A stretch of DNA of 64,000 bases from Alphaproteobacteria bacterium (GTDB taxonomy: Bacteria > Pseudomonadota > Alphaproteobacteria > Bin95), in NCBI GenBank assembly GCA_965205265.1, contig CBDBGH010000003.1:5024001-5088000 (forward strand), read 5' to 3'. Position 1 is the stretch's first letter; every line of letters starts with the position of its first letter. Of the stretch, positions 1 through 12,469 are shown in pieces. The notes beneath the pieces were generated by a model. It was not told the origin of the DNA. It did no database searches and saw only the letters and a program-made list of their open reading frames with translations. The position numbers and the translations under genes were made by a program.

Positions 1-271
1 CTCCGCCCAGATCCGCGTTCTGGAAACCGAGGGCATCGAGCGAGGAATCGACGACGATTCCCCGGAAGTCCCGCTCGCCGGCGGCGTAGCGGTTGCGGAC
101 GTCTTCGGGAGTTGTCGTCGGCATCGGCAATGACCTTCTTGCGGGCACCCATCATGGGACGGTTCCATGAAATAGGGAAACCGTGGTTTGGGGTTTTCAC
201 CTGGCCGGGGGATAGTCGCGCGGGGCCTGCGAGGCCCGCGGCCGCGGGCAGACCATTCGGGAGGATCGGAT

Positions 272-1225
272 GTGAAGGATTTTACCGGAATGAGCGTGGC
301 TGGACTACGGAAATACGTGCAAACCGGGGGATCCGTCACCGCTTGCGACAGGAGCGGCGCGACTTTGCTGCATGCGGCGGCGCTTCTCGGGGAGGCGGAA
401 ACGGTCCGGGAGCTGCTGGCGGCAGGTGCCGACGCCGGTGCCGGCGACAATGGCGGACACACGCCGCTCCATCTTGTGGGACAGGGCGAGGCCGTGGAGG
501 TCATCGGGGCCCTGGTCCAGGCCGGGGCCGACGTGAACGCGCGGGGGCGGTACGGCCAGACGCCGTTGCATGAAGTGGTGGGTTTCAAGGAGAACTTCAG
601 CGACCGGGCGCGAGAGGCGGCCGCACAGGCGCTTCTCGATGCGGGAGCCGATCCGAATATCCGGTCGCGGATCGGCCGGACGCCGCTCGGAAACCTGGCG
701 GGGGCCGGCGCCGCGCAGGTGCTGCTCGACGGCGGGGCCGATCCGAATATAGGCGATGTGGACGGCTTTACGCCCCTGCACCAGGCGGTATTCGCAAATG
801 TCGAGGGACCCGCCTATCGGGACCGTTACCAGGCCTACCTCCGGTGCCTGATCGGTGCCGGCGCCGACCCGAACATGCCGGACAGGGACGGCCGGACACC
901 CCTGCACTGGGCCGCCGGCCGCTTCGGCGACCTGGATTCGCTTCAACCGCTTCTCGACGGTGGCGCGGATCCCGACGTCCGGGACAATTTCGGGTGGACC
1001 CCTCTTCACAACGCCGCCTGGAAATCCGATGCGGACTCGATCCGGGTCCTGCTCGGGGGAGGCGCGGACCCGGGAATACCGACCCTGGAAGGCGTGACCG
1101 CTCTTGAGATGGTGGGCGGCATAAGCGTGTTGGGAGACCGTGACGGGCTGGAGGAAGACACCGCGGCGGCCCGGGAAGTCCTCGAAGGCGTCGATGACGG
1201 TCTGTCGGCGCCCGGTCCGGGATAA
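272..1225 (+). CDS. Ankyrin repeat protein
   Basis: Multiple GxTPLHxA...LLxxGADPN repeats in ORF 188..1225; GTG at 272 downstream of GGGAGG is the likely start. Confidence 0.9.
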   Translation: MKDFTGMSVAGLRKYVQTGGSVTACDRSGATLLHAAALLGEAETVRELLAAGADAGAGDNGGHTPLHLVGQGEAVEVIGALVQAGADVNARGRYGQTPLHEVVGFKENFSDRAREAAAQALLDAGADPNIRSRIGRTPLGNLAGAGAAQVLLDGGADPNIGDVDGFTPLHQAVFANVEGPAYRDRYQAYLRCLIGAGADPNMPDRDGRTPLHWAAGRFGDLDSLQPLLDGGADPDVRDNFGWTPLHNAAWKSDADSIRVLLGGGADPGIPTLEGVTALEMVGGISVLGDRDGLEEDTAAAREVLEGVDDGLSAPGPG

Positions 1226-1338
1226 CGAGGTGTAGAGGTCCAGAGGTCCGATGAATGCGCCGGAATGGACGCGCCTCGGACGCTGAAATATAGTTACGTG
1301 CGACGGATATATCCGGAACGGGAAAGGGGTTCGGGGCA

Positions 1339-2706
1339 ATGGTGCAACTGGAAATGAGTTCGGACTGGGGATCGATCCGCGCACGGGAGCATGAGGTCAG
1401 GTTGAAGTGCCGGCCCGGCGGGGAATGGGCACCTGAGCGTCTGGGCCGCGGCTTTTCGGACCGTCGGCTCGTGATCTATGCCTCCGCGACCGAACCGGGG
1501 CGGGCTGTTTTCGATCTCGAGGTAGGGGGGGACGACGCGGAACAGTTTCCGGACCTCTGGACCAGGCTGGACCCCGTTGCCCTGATTCGTTCGGACAGCC
1601 TCCAGGAGGGATTCTACGCACCCCGGAACGGTGAGTTTAGCATTCCGGCGCCGGATGGCAGATACACGGCGACCCGCATTCTCGAGACGAGGCCCGAGAC
1701 GGTCGAGTTCCAGGATCTCCAGAGCGCCATGCCCGGGCGTCGCCCCCGCATCGTGTTGTATGAGCATGTCGCGGAGCCGGACAATGTGGTCTTCGCCCCC
1801 GGCATGCACGGGGCGAACTGGTGCCACTTCGAACCTGTCGCCCTTGCGCATGCCCCCGAAGGGCTGGTGTACGACGAGACGCGGGGATGCTGGATGTGTC
1901 CGGCCGAAGGGGAGCTGTTCGATGCGCGCGCAGTCCGGTCAGGAAAGACCCCGGTGGAGATACGCGAAATCGTGGAATTCCCGTGGCCCCGGAGGTACGG
2001 ACCTGGCGTGGCGGCATCCCCGCTATCGGAGCATGTCAGAAGCAGCGCCGACCACTACAGATCGTCTATTGCGACCAGACGGCATGTCATCTTCATGCGG
2101 CCGGGCATTCCCGGCACGGCGCAGTTCGACGTCAATGTGAATCGTCCATTCCGATGGACGTCGGACTGGCTTGCCTACCAACCGGCAGGCCTGGTCGAGG
2201 GGCGTTGGCTTGTCTGGCCGTGGCAAGACCGGATGACGGTGGCCGTGAAGGACGCTGAAGGGAAGATCTGCGATGCCGACGATGTCATCGCGGGGAGAGC
2301 GGCGGGAGTGACAGCGGAGCGGCTGGACAGGCCGACGCCTGCGGAAAGGGAAGCCCCTATCGGCTGGCTGCGGCGCCGCGCGCTGCTCCGGCCGCGGTGG
2401 GTGGACGAGGACCGGCGTGAAGACACCGTGGGTGTTCGTTGGCATGTCATCTACGGGAGCATGGGGACGCGGGAAAGGCCGTTTTTCGATGTCGACTGGG
2501 CTTGCGGCGGTTCCGGGCACTCGGGGACACTCTACGATTATGAACCGATCGCGCTGGTGCGCGGGAAGGGCCTGGGATCGCCGGCGAGGCGCCGGGTGTC
2601 GAGTTGCGGATGCTCACGGCAACCGCGTAGGGAGGGGCCCTCGCCGGCTTGTCCCGTCTCTCAGAACGCAGGAGCCTCCGGTCCGGCATCGGCCTCCTCG
2701 CGGTAG
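1339..2706 (+). CDS. Hypothetical protein with internal repeated motif
   Basis: 455-aa ORF with recurrent FD(L/V)x(V/W)...(D/Q/E)P(V/A/I)(A/G)L motif; its 3' end overlaps the convergent gene, so the C-terminus is uncertain. Confidence 0.6.
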   Translation: MVQLEMSSDWGSIRAREHEVRLKCRPGGEWAPERLGRGFSDRRLVIYASATEPGRAVFDLEVGGDDAEQFPDLWTRLDPVALIRSDSLQEGFYAPRNGEFSIPAPDGRYTATRILETRPETVEFQDLQSAMPGRRPRIVLYEHVAEPDNVVFAPGMHGANWCHFEPVALAHAPEGLVYDETRGCWMCPAEGELFDARAVRSGKTPVEIREIVEFPWPRRYGPGVAASPLSEHVRSSADHYRSSIATRRHVIFMRPGIPGTAQFDVNVNRPFRWTSDWLAYQPAGLVEGRWLVWPWQDRMTVAVKDAEGKICDADDVIAGRAAGVTAERLDRPTPAEREAPIGWLRRRALLRPRWVDEDRREDTVGVRWHVIYGSMGTRERPFFDVDWACGGSGHSGTLYDYEPIALVRGKGLGSPARRRVSSCGCSRQPRREGPSPACPVSQNAGASGPASASSR

Positions 2707-3365
2707 AATTCCGGGTTGTGGCAGCTCTCGGCGAAATCCCAGGTCAGGTGGCGTTCTTCGGCTTGTCGCCGGACCCGGTCCCAGTCCAACTGCCTGCGGT
2801 CCATGCGGTCCAGGTAGGCCTCGATCTCCGACTTGAAGGCGGCCAGTGGCCGGATGGATTCGCCATCCTCTTCATACCAGGCCCGGTTCGGGGCGCGCGG
2901 CATGTCCTTTCTGCGTTCGGGGGCCAGCCATATCCCGCCATGGCTGGCCGTGCTGACCATGGCGATGCCCGGCGCCAGCACCTCGACATGCTGGATACCG
3001 CCCCAGGGACTGCTGTCTCCGTCCTTCGGATAGGGCCAGGGTTCGGGAATGTCACGCGGAGTGCCGCGTGCGCCCCGGAAATCGGCCCAGCGGAACATCG
3101 TGCCGTAGAAATCGGTTCCCGAGATGTCGGCCCCGTCGAAGACGGGCCCGAGCCCGAAAAGGTGTTCGCCGCGAAGAATGGCGCCCCGAAGGGAGCAGCC
3201 CGAGAAGTCGGTATTGCGGAAGTCTGCATCGGCGATCGTCGCACCATCGAACCGCGAGCCCTGGAACGAGGCGCCGGCGAACGACCCGTCGCACAGGACT
3301 GACTCCGAGAAGTCGGCCCCGTGGAGAACGGCCCCCGCCAGGTCGGGCTCGCCGAGCAACACGGT
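2661..3365 (-). pseudogene. Pentapeptide-repeat protein with C-terminal DUF7007-like domain; 3' part, interrupted by IS1634
   Basis: ADFS/ASFQ/ADFR pentapeptides, then SPWG...STASHGGIWL...WYEED; joins in frame to 8079..8140 once the IS and one TSD are removed. Confidence 0.85.
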
Positions 3366-3468
3366 CCTGACTTCGACGGTTGATTCGCATAAGTAGTTGA
3401 TATTGCCTGGTTCTCATTTCGGCTAGGCACTACATCCGGCATTTCTTCGAGCCGTGCTTCGTCGACGG

Positions 3469-3791
3469 TCAGGCGAGTTGATACGGGGTGATCGTCAGGG
3501 GCAGCCCCATGGTTGCGTAAATCTGCTCCGCCGCCGGTGTCGGCTTCGAGGGGATGACGTAGCGGTTGCCCGATTGCCGACAGCGCAGCAGGGAGCACTG
3601 GCGGTGGACGAGGGCGGAGCGGATGACCTCCGGGGACATCCGCCGCTTCTGGATGGCGACGCGGTACGCAAGGTGTCGAACGCAGGCGAAGGCCAGGAAG
3701 GCGATGGCGATGTGAGCGCGGATCCGGTCCGGGTTCCAGTGCCAGATGGGACGTATCTTCAGGTCGTGTTTGGTGATCCGGAAGCTCTCCT
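3469..3791 (-). pseudogene. IS1634 transposase, C-terminal fragment
   Basis: ESFRITKHDLKIRPIWHWNPDRIRAHIAIAF continues in frame from ...LWQVEE at 6583. Confidence 0.9.
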
Positions 3792-4052
3792 TATAGCGCG
3801 ACAATCTGGGTGAGAGCCGCGCGTCAATCAGGATGAGATTCCCCGGCGGCATCGGCGAGTTGATGATTGTCGCGCGGGGCGCGGATTGCAAGCGGTTTCG
3901 GATTTTGATTGTCGCGGCGCGACAAACAAGGTTTTCGGAGAGCGTTTTGATTGTCGCGGGGGGGCCGTCGGGTCGGAGAAGAGACGGCCCGCGGAGGCGA
4001 TTCCCGCGGGCCGTGAGTGTTGTGGCCGCTGGGCCGATCTGGCGGCAGCGGT

Positions 4053-6400
<2,348 letters not shown>

Positions 6401-6469
6401 CTACTCGGAAAAACGTCACCGTTCGCCCAGCCGACCGACCCCGCCAGAAGGTCCAGGAAAAATTTTTTG

Positions 6470-6528
6470 AGGCGGCGGCCCGGAACTCCGGTCGGGCTAC
6501 GCCCTCCCTCCGTTCCGGGCCGCCGCCT
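6470..6528. repeat. Stem-loop element in the IS21 leader
   Basis: 17-bp stem enclosing TCCGGTCGGGCTACGCCCTCCCTCC; nearly the same core at 42203-42227. Confidence 0.7.
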
Positions 6529-6582
6529 TCCCCCGTCTCATCCTGATTGTCGCCAGCGTCTCAAGCTGATTGTCGCGCCGCA

Positions 6583-7921
6583 TCTCCTCGACCTGCCAGA
6601 GCCCCTGGTAGTGAGCCATCACTTCGGTGACGCGCGCGTCGCGCAGATTGGTGATGACGCCGGTGAGCCCGTCCCATCGTGCGGCCTCGGCGATCTTCTC
6701 CGGGTTCACCGTGAGCCGTGCGTCGCCCTCGACGGCGATGAAGCGCTTCGCCCCGTGATTGGAGAGCAGTTCCCTGGGATTGTCGCTGCGGGCCAGCCTG
6801 TCGAGCAGGCGTTCCACCTGATGGCGGCGCTCGTGCGCGTCCTTGCGTGCGCGCTGGGGGCAGAAGACGACGATCAGGCGACGGCCCTTGTACTCCCACT
6901 CGCCGACCCGGCGGTCCTGTGAGCCCTCCAGCGGGGCATAGGTCCCGGGGTCGAGAACCTGCCCCAGCAGCGCGAGCGGCAGCTTGCGCAGCCGCGCGCC
7001 GACGACATACTCGCCGCCGATGGCGTCCATGGCGTCGAGGTTGTCGGCGCTCAGCATGCCCCGGTCGGCCACGCATACCGTGCGCTCCACCTGGTGGCGG
7101 CGCTGCATGTCCTGCAGGACCGGGACCATGCTGTGTCCCTCGTAGGTGGCGCCGGGGAAGACCTCGTAGCTGATCGGCAGCCCTTCGCGCGTCACCATCA
7201 GCGCCAGCAGAACCTGCGAGTCCTTGTGTTTGCCGTCCTTGCTGAAGCCGTGCTGGCGAAGCTCGTCCTCGGCGGCCGTCTCGAAGTAGAGCGTGGTGCA
7301 ATCGAAGAAGAGGATCGCGACCGGCTCCGGCAGCAGCGACCGGCTCGCCTCGCCGACGCGCGTGCGCAGTCGCTCGATCACCGTCGCGTCGAGCTGATCC
7401 ATCATCCGGTAGACCTTCTCGAGCGGAAGACTCACGCCGAAGTCCTCCTCGAGCCGGCGCACGCTGCCCCGCTTGCTGTCGGGGTTGGCTACCCGCGCCA
7501 TCACCACATGGAACAGCGCGTCATGGGAGGCCCGGTAGCGCGAGCGCGGCAGCAGCGCGTCGAGGCCCAGCAGCCGGTAGATCTCGCCATAGACCTCGTG
7601 GATGCCTGTGATCAGGCGCTGCTCCTCTTCAAGCTGCTTGAGGTCGACCGGGAGTTCCTCCTTGCCGTCCCCCCGGCGGCCGACACGGATCGCCTGCTCA
7701 GCGATCTTCTCGGGCGCAAACAATGCCGGCTGACGCTCGTCCTCCAGCTTCGCCTTGACGTACTCGCCGAGCTGCCTCAGGCGCTCGAGCTCGTCCTCGT
7801 CCATGGCCACGCCGACATGGCGGACGATGCGCTGTCGGACCTTGCCGCCGTCGCGCACGGCCTCGACGATCTGGACCGAGCGTCGCGGGCTGTTGGGGGA
7901 GGTCTTGATGCGCACGAACAT
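6583..7921 (-). pseudogene. IS1634 transposase, N-terminal part (interrupted by IS21)
   Basis: FFDCTTLYFE, GFSKDGK, VADRGML, YQGLWQVEE motifs. Confidence 0.92.
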
Positions 7922-8078
7922 GGGGGGAGTGTAGCGCGTGGCGGAGGCATTGACAGTCTCAAAGATTTACTAGGCACTACAACGCAGCTTGACCGCACCG
8001 CAACTGCCAACTCATTGGCTTTACTGAAAACTCCAGACGCGAGATCGGTCAGAAGTCAGCCCAACCGTCGAAGTCAGG

Positions 8079-8140
8079 ACGGTCTTCCGGAAATCGCGCT
8101 CGCCCGCGGCGTAACGGGCGAGCAGGTCTTCGTCGGTCAT
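8079..8140 (-). pseudogene. N-terminus of the interrupted pentapeptide-repeat gene
   Basis: MTDEDLLARYAAGERDFRKT is a typical pentapeptide-protein start; RBS-like GGAGG upstream. Confidence 0.85.
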
Positions 8141-8306
8141 GCGGGGCACCGTTCCCTCCGGGTTTCCGGCCAGTGCGCGCATTATGCGCCGGAGGTCTGA
8201 AAGGGCATAGCCGCGCTGGCGCCTTGGCTGCTTGCGGGTATTGCGGAGGTGCTTCGCGCGAATGGAAGCCGCCTGCCGGGCGGACGCGGGGATTCCCGCC
8301 TGTCGG

Positions 8307-8633
8307 CTACTCCTTCTCGAGCGTCAGCTGCAGGGGATGTTCGTGCCGACGGGCCAGGTCCACAACCTGCGTCACCTTGGTCTCGGCTACCTCGTAGGTA
8401 TAGACGCCGCAGAGACCGATGCCCCGCTGGTGAACCGTCAGCATGATATTCGTTGCCTCCTGCGGGCTCTTGTTGAAGAAGGCCTGCAGGACGTGGACGA
8501 CGAACTCCATCGGCGTGTAGTCGTCATTGAGCATGATGACCTTGTACAGCGACGGCTTCTTCGTCTCCGGCCTGGTCCTGACGAGGACGCCCGTATTCGG
8601 GCCGTCGTCTCCGCTTCGCCGTTCGCCGCTCAT
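8307..8633 (-). CDS. clpS: ATP-dependent Clp protease adaptor ClpS
   Basis: [23 protein letters not shown]...[11 protein letters not shown]...[10 protein letters not shown]. Confidence 0.97.
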   Translation of the reverse strand: MSGERRSGDDGPNTGVLVRTRPETKKPSLYKVIMLNDDYTPMEFVVHVLQAFFNKSPQEATNIMLTVHQRGIGLCGVYTYEVAETKVTQVVDLARRHEHPLQLTLEKE

Positions 8634-8982
8634 CCCTTCCATCCCACCCAGGGTGGCGTCCGCAAGCGTAGCACAACCGGGCTGTCGAAGCGGGGAGTGG
8701 GGTTTGCGGTATGCCGAAATTATCCTGTAATCAAGAAGCGCTCGGAATTTTGTGGCACAATTCGCCTTTCGGAGTGGTGGCCGATAATTCCGGGAATTCC
8801 CGAATTCCAACAATTTATCCGAAATCGACCGCGCCGCAGACTGCGCGGTTGGCGTGTGGGCACGCTCCCGGAGCGCCGCCCGCGCACACGAACTGCGATG
8901 GCCTTCCCTTGATTTTCCGGCGTGTTTCGGCTACTTTGAGGCTCTCCGGGCTACATGCTTTCGGAAGGATCGGATCAAGACC

Positions 8983-9222
8983 ATGCGCCATCGCCACCTG
9001 GTCGATACGGAAGTTGCCGCCCGGTCGCCTACGGCGGTCGATGACATCATCGAGCGCGGCCTGATGGATGACTGGCTGAGGCTTCGCCGGTGGTGTACCG
9101 AGGATCCGGGGCTGCTGGACGTCGTGGAGCAGGTCTGCAACATGCATGTCGCCGATCCGGGCGCGCAGCGCCACCATTTCTGGCTGTTCTGGGCCCGGAT
9201 GCGCCGCGATGCGGCAGCCTGA
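8983..9222 (+). CDS. Small protein, putative antitoxin partner of the nucleotidyltransferase
   Basis: 79 aa MRHRHL...AVDDIIERG..DW; overlaps the downstream NTase gene. Confidence 0.65.
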   Translation: MRHRHLVDTEVAARSPTAVDDIIERGLMDDWLRLRRWCTEDPGLLDVVEQVCNMHVADPGAQRHHFWLFWARMRRDAAA

Positions 9223-10009
9223 CTGGGAGCGGGTGATTTCCGCCGCTGCGCGTCTGCAGCGGCATTTCCCCGAAGCGGTTCTGGTTGGCGGAACCGCGGC
9301 CAGCATTCATTCGGGGCATCGTTTTTCCCAGGATGCCGACCATGTGGTTGTCGATCTTCGGGAACGGTTCGACGAAGTTCTCGCCAGTCTGGAATCCGTG
9401 GCGGGCTGGAAAACCGCACGTATCAGGCCCCCTGTATTGATCCTGGGGTCTCTGGATGGGATCGAGACCGGGATCAGGCAGCTGATACGCACCGACCCCC
9501 TGGAGACGGTCGAGATGGTCTGCCACGGCGAAAAAGTCGTGGTTCCCACCATAGAGGAAACGCTGCGCATCAAGGCCGTCCTGATCCTGAAGCGGAACGC
9601 CTTGCGCGACTATCTCGACTTTGCGGCGATCGGGGCAAGCCTTGGACATGACGGCATTGCGAGGGCGATGTCCTCCTTCGACGAGTTGTACCCGCAGGAC
9701 AACGGCCAGTCTGCAACTCAGCAGTTGCTGGCGCAGCTGTCCAATCCCCTTCCCGGGGACCTGGGAAAGGAAGGAACTGCGATCTTCAGCGGCCTGGCGG
9801 AAGACCTGCAGGAGTGGAGTGCGGTGAGCGACCGGTGCCGCTCCATCGGCGCCATGCTCTTCGACGGGTTTCGCGACCCGGCTTCGGGGCCGGCGGGCCT
9901 GTCCGGCCGGCAGCCAGCGAGGAGGCGGGAGGGATCGGACGCCAGCGCTTGGACGCCGCCGACACTCAAACCGCCCGGCAACACGGATGACCCGTTCGGG
10001 ACGGATTAA
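9209..10009 (+). CDS. AbiEii/AbiGii-like nucleotidyltransferase (type IV TA toxin-like)
   Basis: VLVGGTA...HRFSQDADH and K...RNALRDYLD motifs. Confidence 0.8.
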   Translation: MRQPDWERVISAAARLQRHFPEAVLVGGTAASIHSGHRFSQDADHVVVDLRERFDEVLASLESVAGWKTARIRPPVLILGSLDGIETGIRQLIRTDPLETVEMVCHGEKVVVPTIEETLRIKAVLILKRNALRDYLDFAAIGASLGHDGIARAMSSFDELYPQDNGQSATQQLLAQLSNPLPGDLGKEGTAIFSGLAEDLQEWSAVSDRCRSIGAMLFDGFRDPASGPAGLSGRQPARRREGSDASAWTPPTLKPPGNTDDPFGTD

Positions 10010-10212
10010 TGCTGCCGTCCCTGTCGCGCGAGAGGTAACGGGGCGCGAGAAAGGATGCGCCGCAGCCTGCCGTTCAGGTCGCCTTAATCCGGCCGGTTCA
10101 ACGCAATCGGGTCAGAGCGGTCTCAACGCCGATGCCGGATGTGCCACAAAATTCCGAGCGGCTCTCTGTAATCAGGAGTCGACGTCCTTTCGCAGGGATA
10201 CGGACCGGGGCC

Positions 10213-10452
10213 ATGCGCCATCGTCACCTGGTCGATACGGAGAGCGCCGCCCGCTCGCCGACTGCGGTCGATGACATCATCGAGCGCGGCCTGATGGAAG
10301 ACTGGCTGAGGCTTCGCCGGTGGTGCACCGAGGATGCCGCCCTGCTGGACGTCGTGGAGCGGGTCTGCAACATGCATTGTCGGGGATCCCGGCGCGCAGC
10401 GCCATCATTTCTGGTTGGGCTGGATCCGGATGCGCCGCGAGTCATGCTTGAC
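10213..10452 (+). pseudogene. Frameshifted duplicate of 8983..9222
   Basis: Near-identical DNA up to about 10377, then an indel; no NTase gene follows; end approximate. Confidence 0.75.
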
Positions 10453-10624
10453 GCCCATGGGCAGGGTATCCCTCCCCAATAGCTGACCGAGAACTTGTTC
10501 CTGCGGGACTGCGTCCGGGTTCGACCGGCCGGGCCGTTGAGGTGCCGCAGGCGTTTTCGGTTTTCACGCCCTCAGCGCATGATGGAACCGGGATCGGGCA
10601 TCCGGCGGTGGAGAACGCGGGGCA

Positions 10625-11479
10625 GTGACAGGCAACAACGATGCGGGAGCGGTGCTGCGGACCGCCGCCTGGAAAGGCGATATCCCCGGCCTGAAGCAAT
10701 TGCTCGCCGACGGTGCGGACCCGGACGCCGTCGCGGATGACGGATGTGCGGCCCTGCATCTGGCGGCGGAGGCAGGCCGTCCTGAATGCATGCGGGTTCT
10801 GCTCGAGGCCGGAGCCGACCCGAATGTCCAGGATGATTCGGGTCTTGCCCCGCTGCATGTGGCCTCGCTCACCGGACATGTCGGAGCGATCACCCTTCTG
10901 GTGAAGGCCGGGGCCGATCCGGAAATGCGGGATGAAGAGCGCGGCGAGACACCGCTTTGCTGGGCGGTTGCCGGCGTCAACGAAATGGAGGCGGTTCGCG
11001 GCATATGCACTCTGGTCGGCGCCGGTGCGGACCCGAATGCGCGGAACGGGCTGGGTTGGACGCCGATGCAGAGGTTGTGCGCAAACCCCGGTCACGGAGA
11101 GGTCCTGCGGTGTCTTCTGGCCGCGGGCAGCGATCCGGATGGGACCGATGAGGATGGTTTCACTGTCCTGCACCATTTGGCACTTGCGCTTCCATTCGAC
11201 TCCGAAAGGCTCTCGATACTGGTTTCGGGCGGCGCCGATGTGAATGCCCGTGACGGGAAGGGGCGGACACCGCTGTATCTGGCGGCGGAGCGCGGACAGG
11301 TCGAATGGGTGCAGGCTCTTCTGGGAGTCGGCGCCGACCCGTCCATTCCGGGCAAGGCAGGCGTGCCGGTGGATGCGGTCATGCAGCGCCCGGCCGAAGG
11401 CGACACGGAACGGCGCGAGACGATTCTGGAGATGTTGCGCGAGGCGGTCGGGCACGCGGCGCCCGAACCGGGACCGTAG
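10625..11479 (+). CDS. Ankyrin repeat protein
   Basis: Repeated G(x)TPLH/AALH...GADP units. Confidence 0.92.
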   Translation: MTGNNDAGAVLRTAAWKGDIPGLKQLLADGADPDAVADDGCAALHLAAEAGRPECMRVLLEAGADPNVQDDSGLAPLHVASLTGHVGAITLLVKAGADPEMRDEERGETPLCWAVAGVNEMEAVRGICTLVGAGADPNARNGLGWTPMQRLCANPGHGEVLRCLLAAGSDPDGTDEDGFTVLHHLALALPFDSERLSILVSGGADVNARDGKGRTPLYLAAERGQVEWVQALLGVGADPSIPGKAGVPVDAVMQRPAEGDTERRETILEMLREAVGHAAPEPGP

Positions 11480-11483
11480 CGGA

Positions 11484-12422
11484 ATGATGGAGCGGAACTC
11501 TCTGCAGGACCGGTTGGAAGCGGCAGTGCAGGATGGCGATGTTGCGGCGGTGAGGACGCTGCTGGAATCGGGTGCGGACCCGAATGCCGGTAACGAAGAG
11601 GGCGCGACCGCCGTTCATGCGGCGGCCAGGGGCTCGAGTCCGGACTGCCTGCGCGTGCTTCTTGAAGCCGGAGGCAGTCCGGACGGCAGGACCGGTGAGG
11701 GGTGTTCATCATGGCTGGAGGCGCCGCTTGTTTCAGCGGCTTTCAAGGGACGGGCGGATATGGCGCTGGCGCTTGTCGAAGCCGGGGCGGACGTGAATGT
11801 GAAGGCCGGCAACCGGGAAACGCCGCTGCACTGGAGCGTGCAGGATGCCGAAGGCGTCCTGACGCGGCGTCTTCTCGAAGCCGGTGCGGATCCGAACGCC
11901 CGGAACCTCATGGGCGAAACCCCGCTCCACGCGGCCGCATGGGTGGGGAATGCCGACGGCATCCGGATACTCGTCGAGGCGGGCGCCACGGTGGATGCGG
12001 AGGACGATGAAGGCATGTCGCCGCTGGCCTGCGCCTCCATGGGCGCAAGCGGCTGCGTGCGGGCGCTGCTCGCGGCCGGGGCCGATGCGGGAGCGAAGGC
12101 CGGTCCGGGCCGGACAGCGCTGGTCCGGGCCTGCTGGCACGGGCTTGAGGACAATGTCCGCATGCTGCTCGAGGCCGGGGCCGACCCGGACGGTGTGGGC
12201 GACAGCGCTGAATCTCCGCTTCATGCTGCGGCCTGGGACGGCAACCCGGCCATTGTGGGGATGTTGCTTCAGGCCGGTGCAGACCCGGGGGTCACGGCCT
12301 CGGGCAGGGCCGGAACGCCCGGGGAGTGGGCGCGGGCCAGGGACAATGGCGAGGCCGCCGCTCTTCTCGGGGAAGCTCTCGGAAGCGACAGGGAGCAGGG
12401 CCGATGCGGGCCGGAAGCGTAG
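11484..12422 (+). CDS. Ankyrin repeat protein
   Basis: Ankyrin units; start at MMERNS just after the upstream stop codon. Confidence 0.92.
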   Translation: MMERNSLQDRLEAAVQDGDVAAVRTLLESGADPNAGNEEGATAVHAAARGSSPDCLRVLLEAGGSPDGRTGEGCSSWLEAPLVSAAFKGRADMALALVEAGADVNVKAGNRETPLHWSVQDAEGVLTRRLLEAGADPNARNLMGETPLHAAAWVGNADGIRILVEAGATVDAEDDEGMSPLACASMGASGCVRALLAAGADAGAKAGPGRTALVRACWHGLEDNVRMLLEAGADPDGVGDSAESPLHAAAWDGNPAIVGMLLQAGADPGVTASGRAGTPGEWARARDNGEAAALLGEALGSDREQGRCGPEA

Positions 12423-12469
12423 AAGCGGCGGATCGGGCAAGGGCCGACGCCGCCGGGATGGGGTGAGAG

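Larger units (their letters stand above)
8739..10160. repeat. 21-bp perfect inverted repeat pair flanking a TA-like module
   Basis: CGCTCGGAATTTTGTGGCACA (8739-8759) and TGTGCCACAAAATTCCGAGCG (10140-10160). Confidence 0.8.

Noticed and set aside
3860-3960. Repeated TGATTGTCGCG units as a mini-CRISPR
   Set aside because: They are IS21 subterminal transposase-binding repeats, also present at the other end (about 6544-6577)
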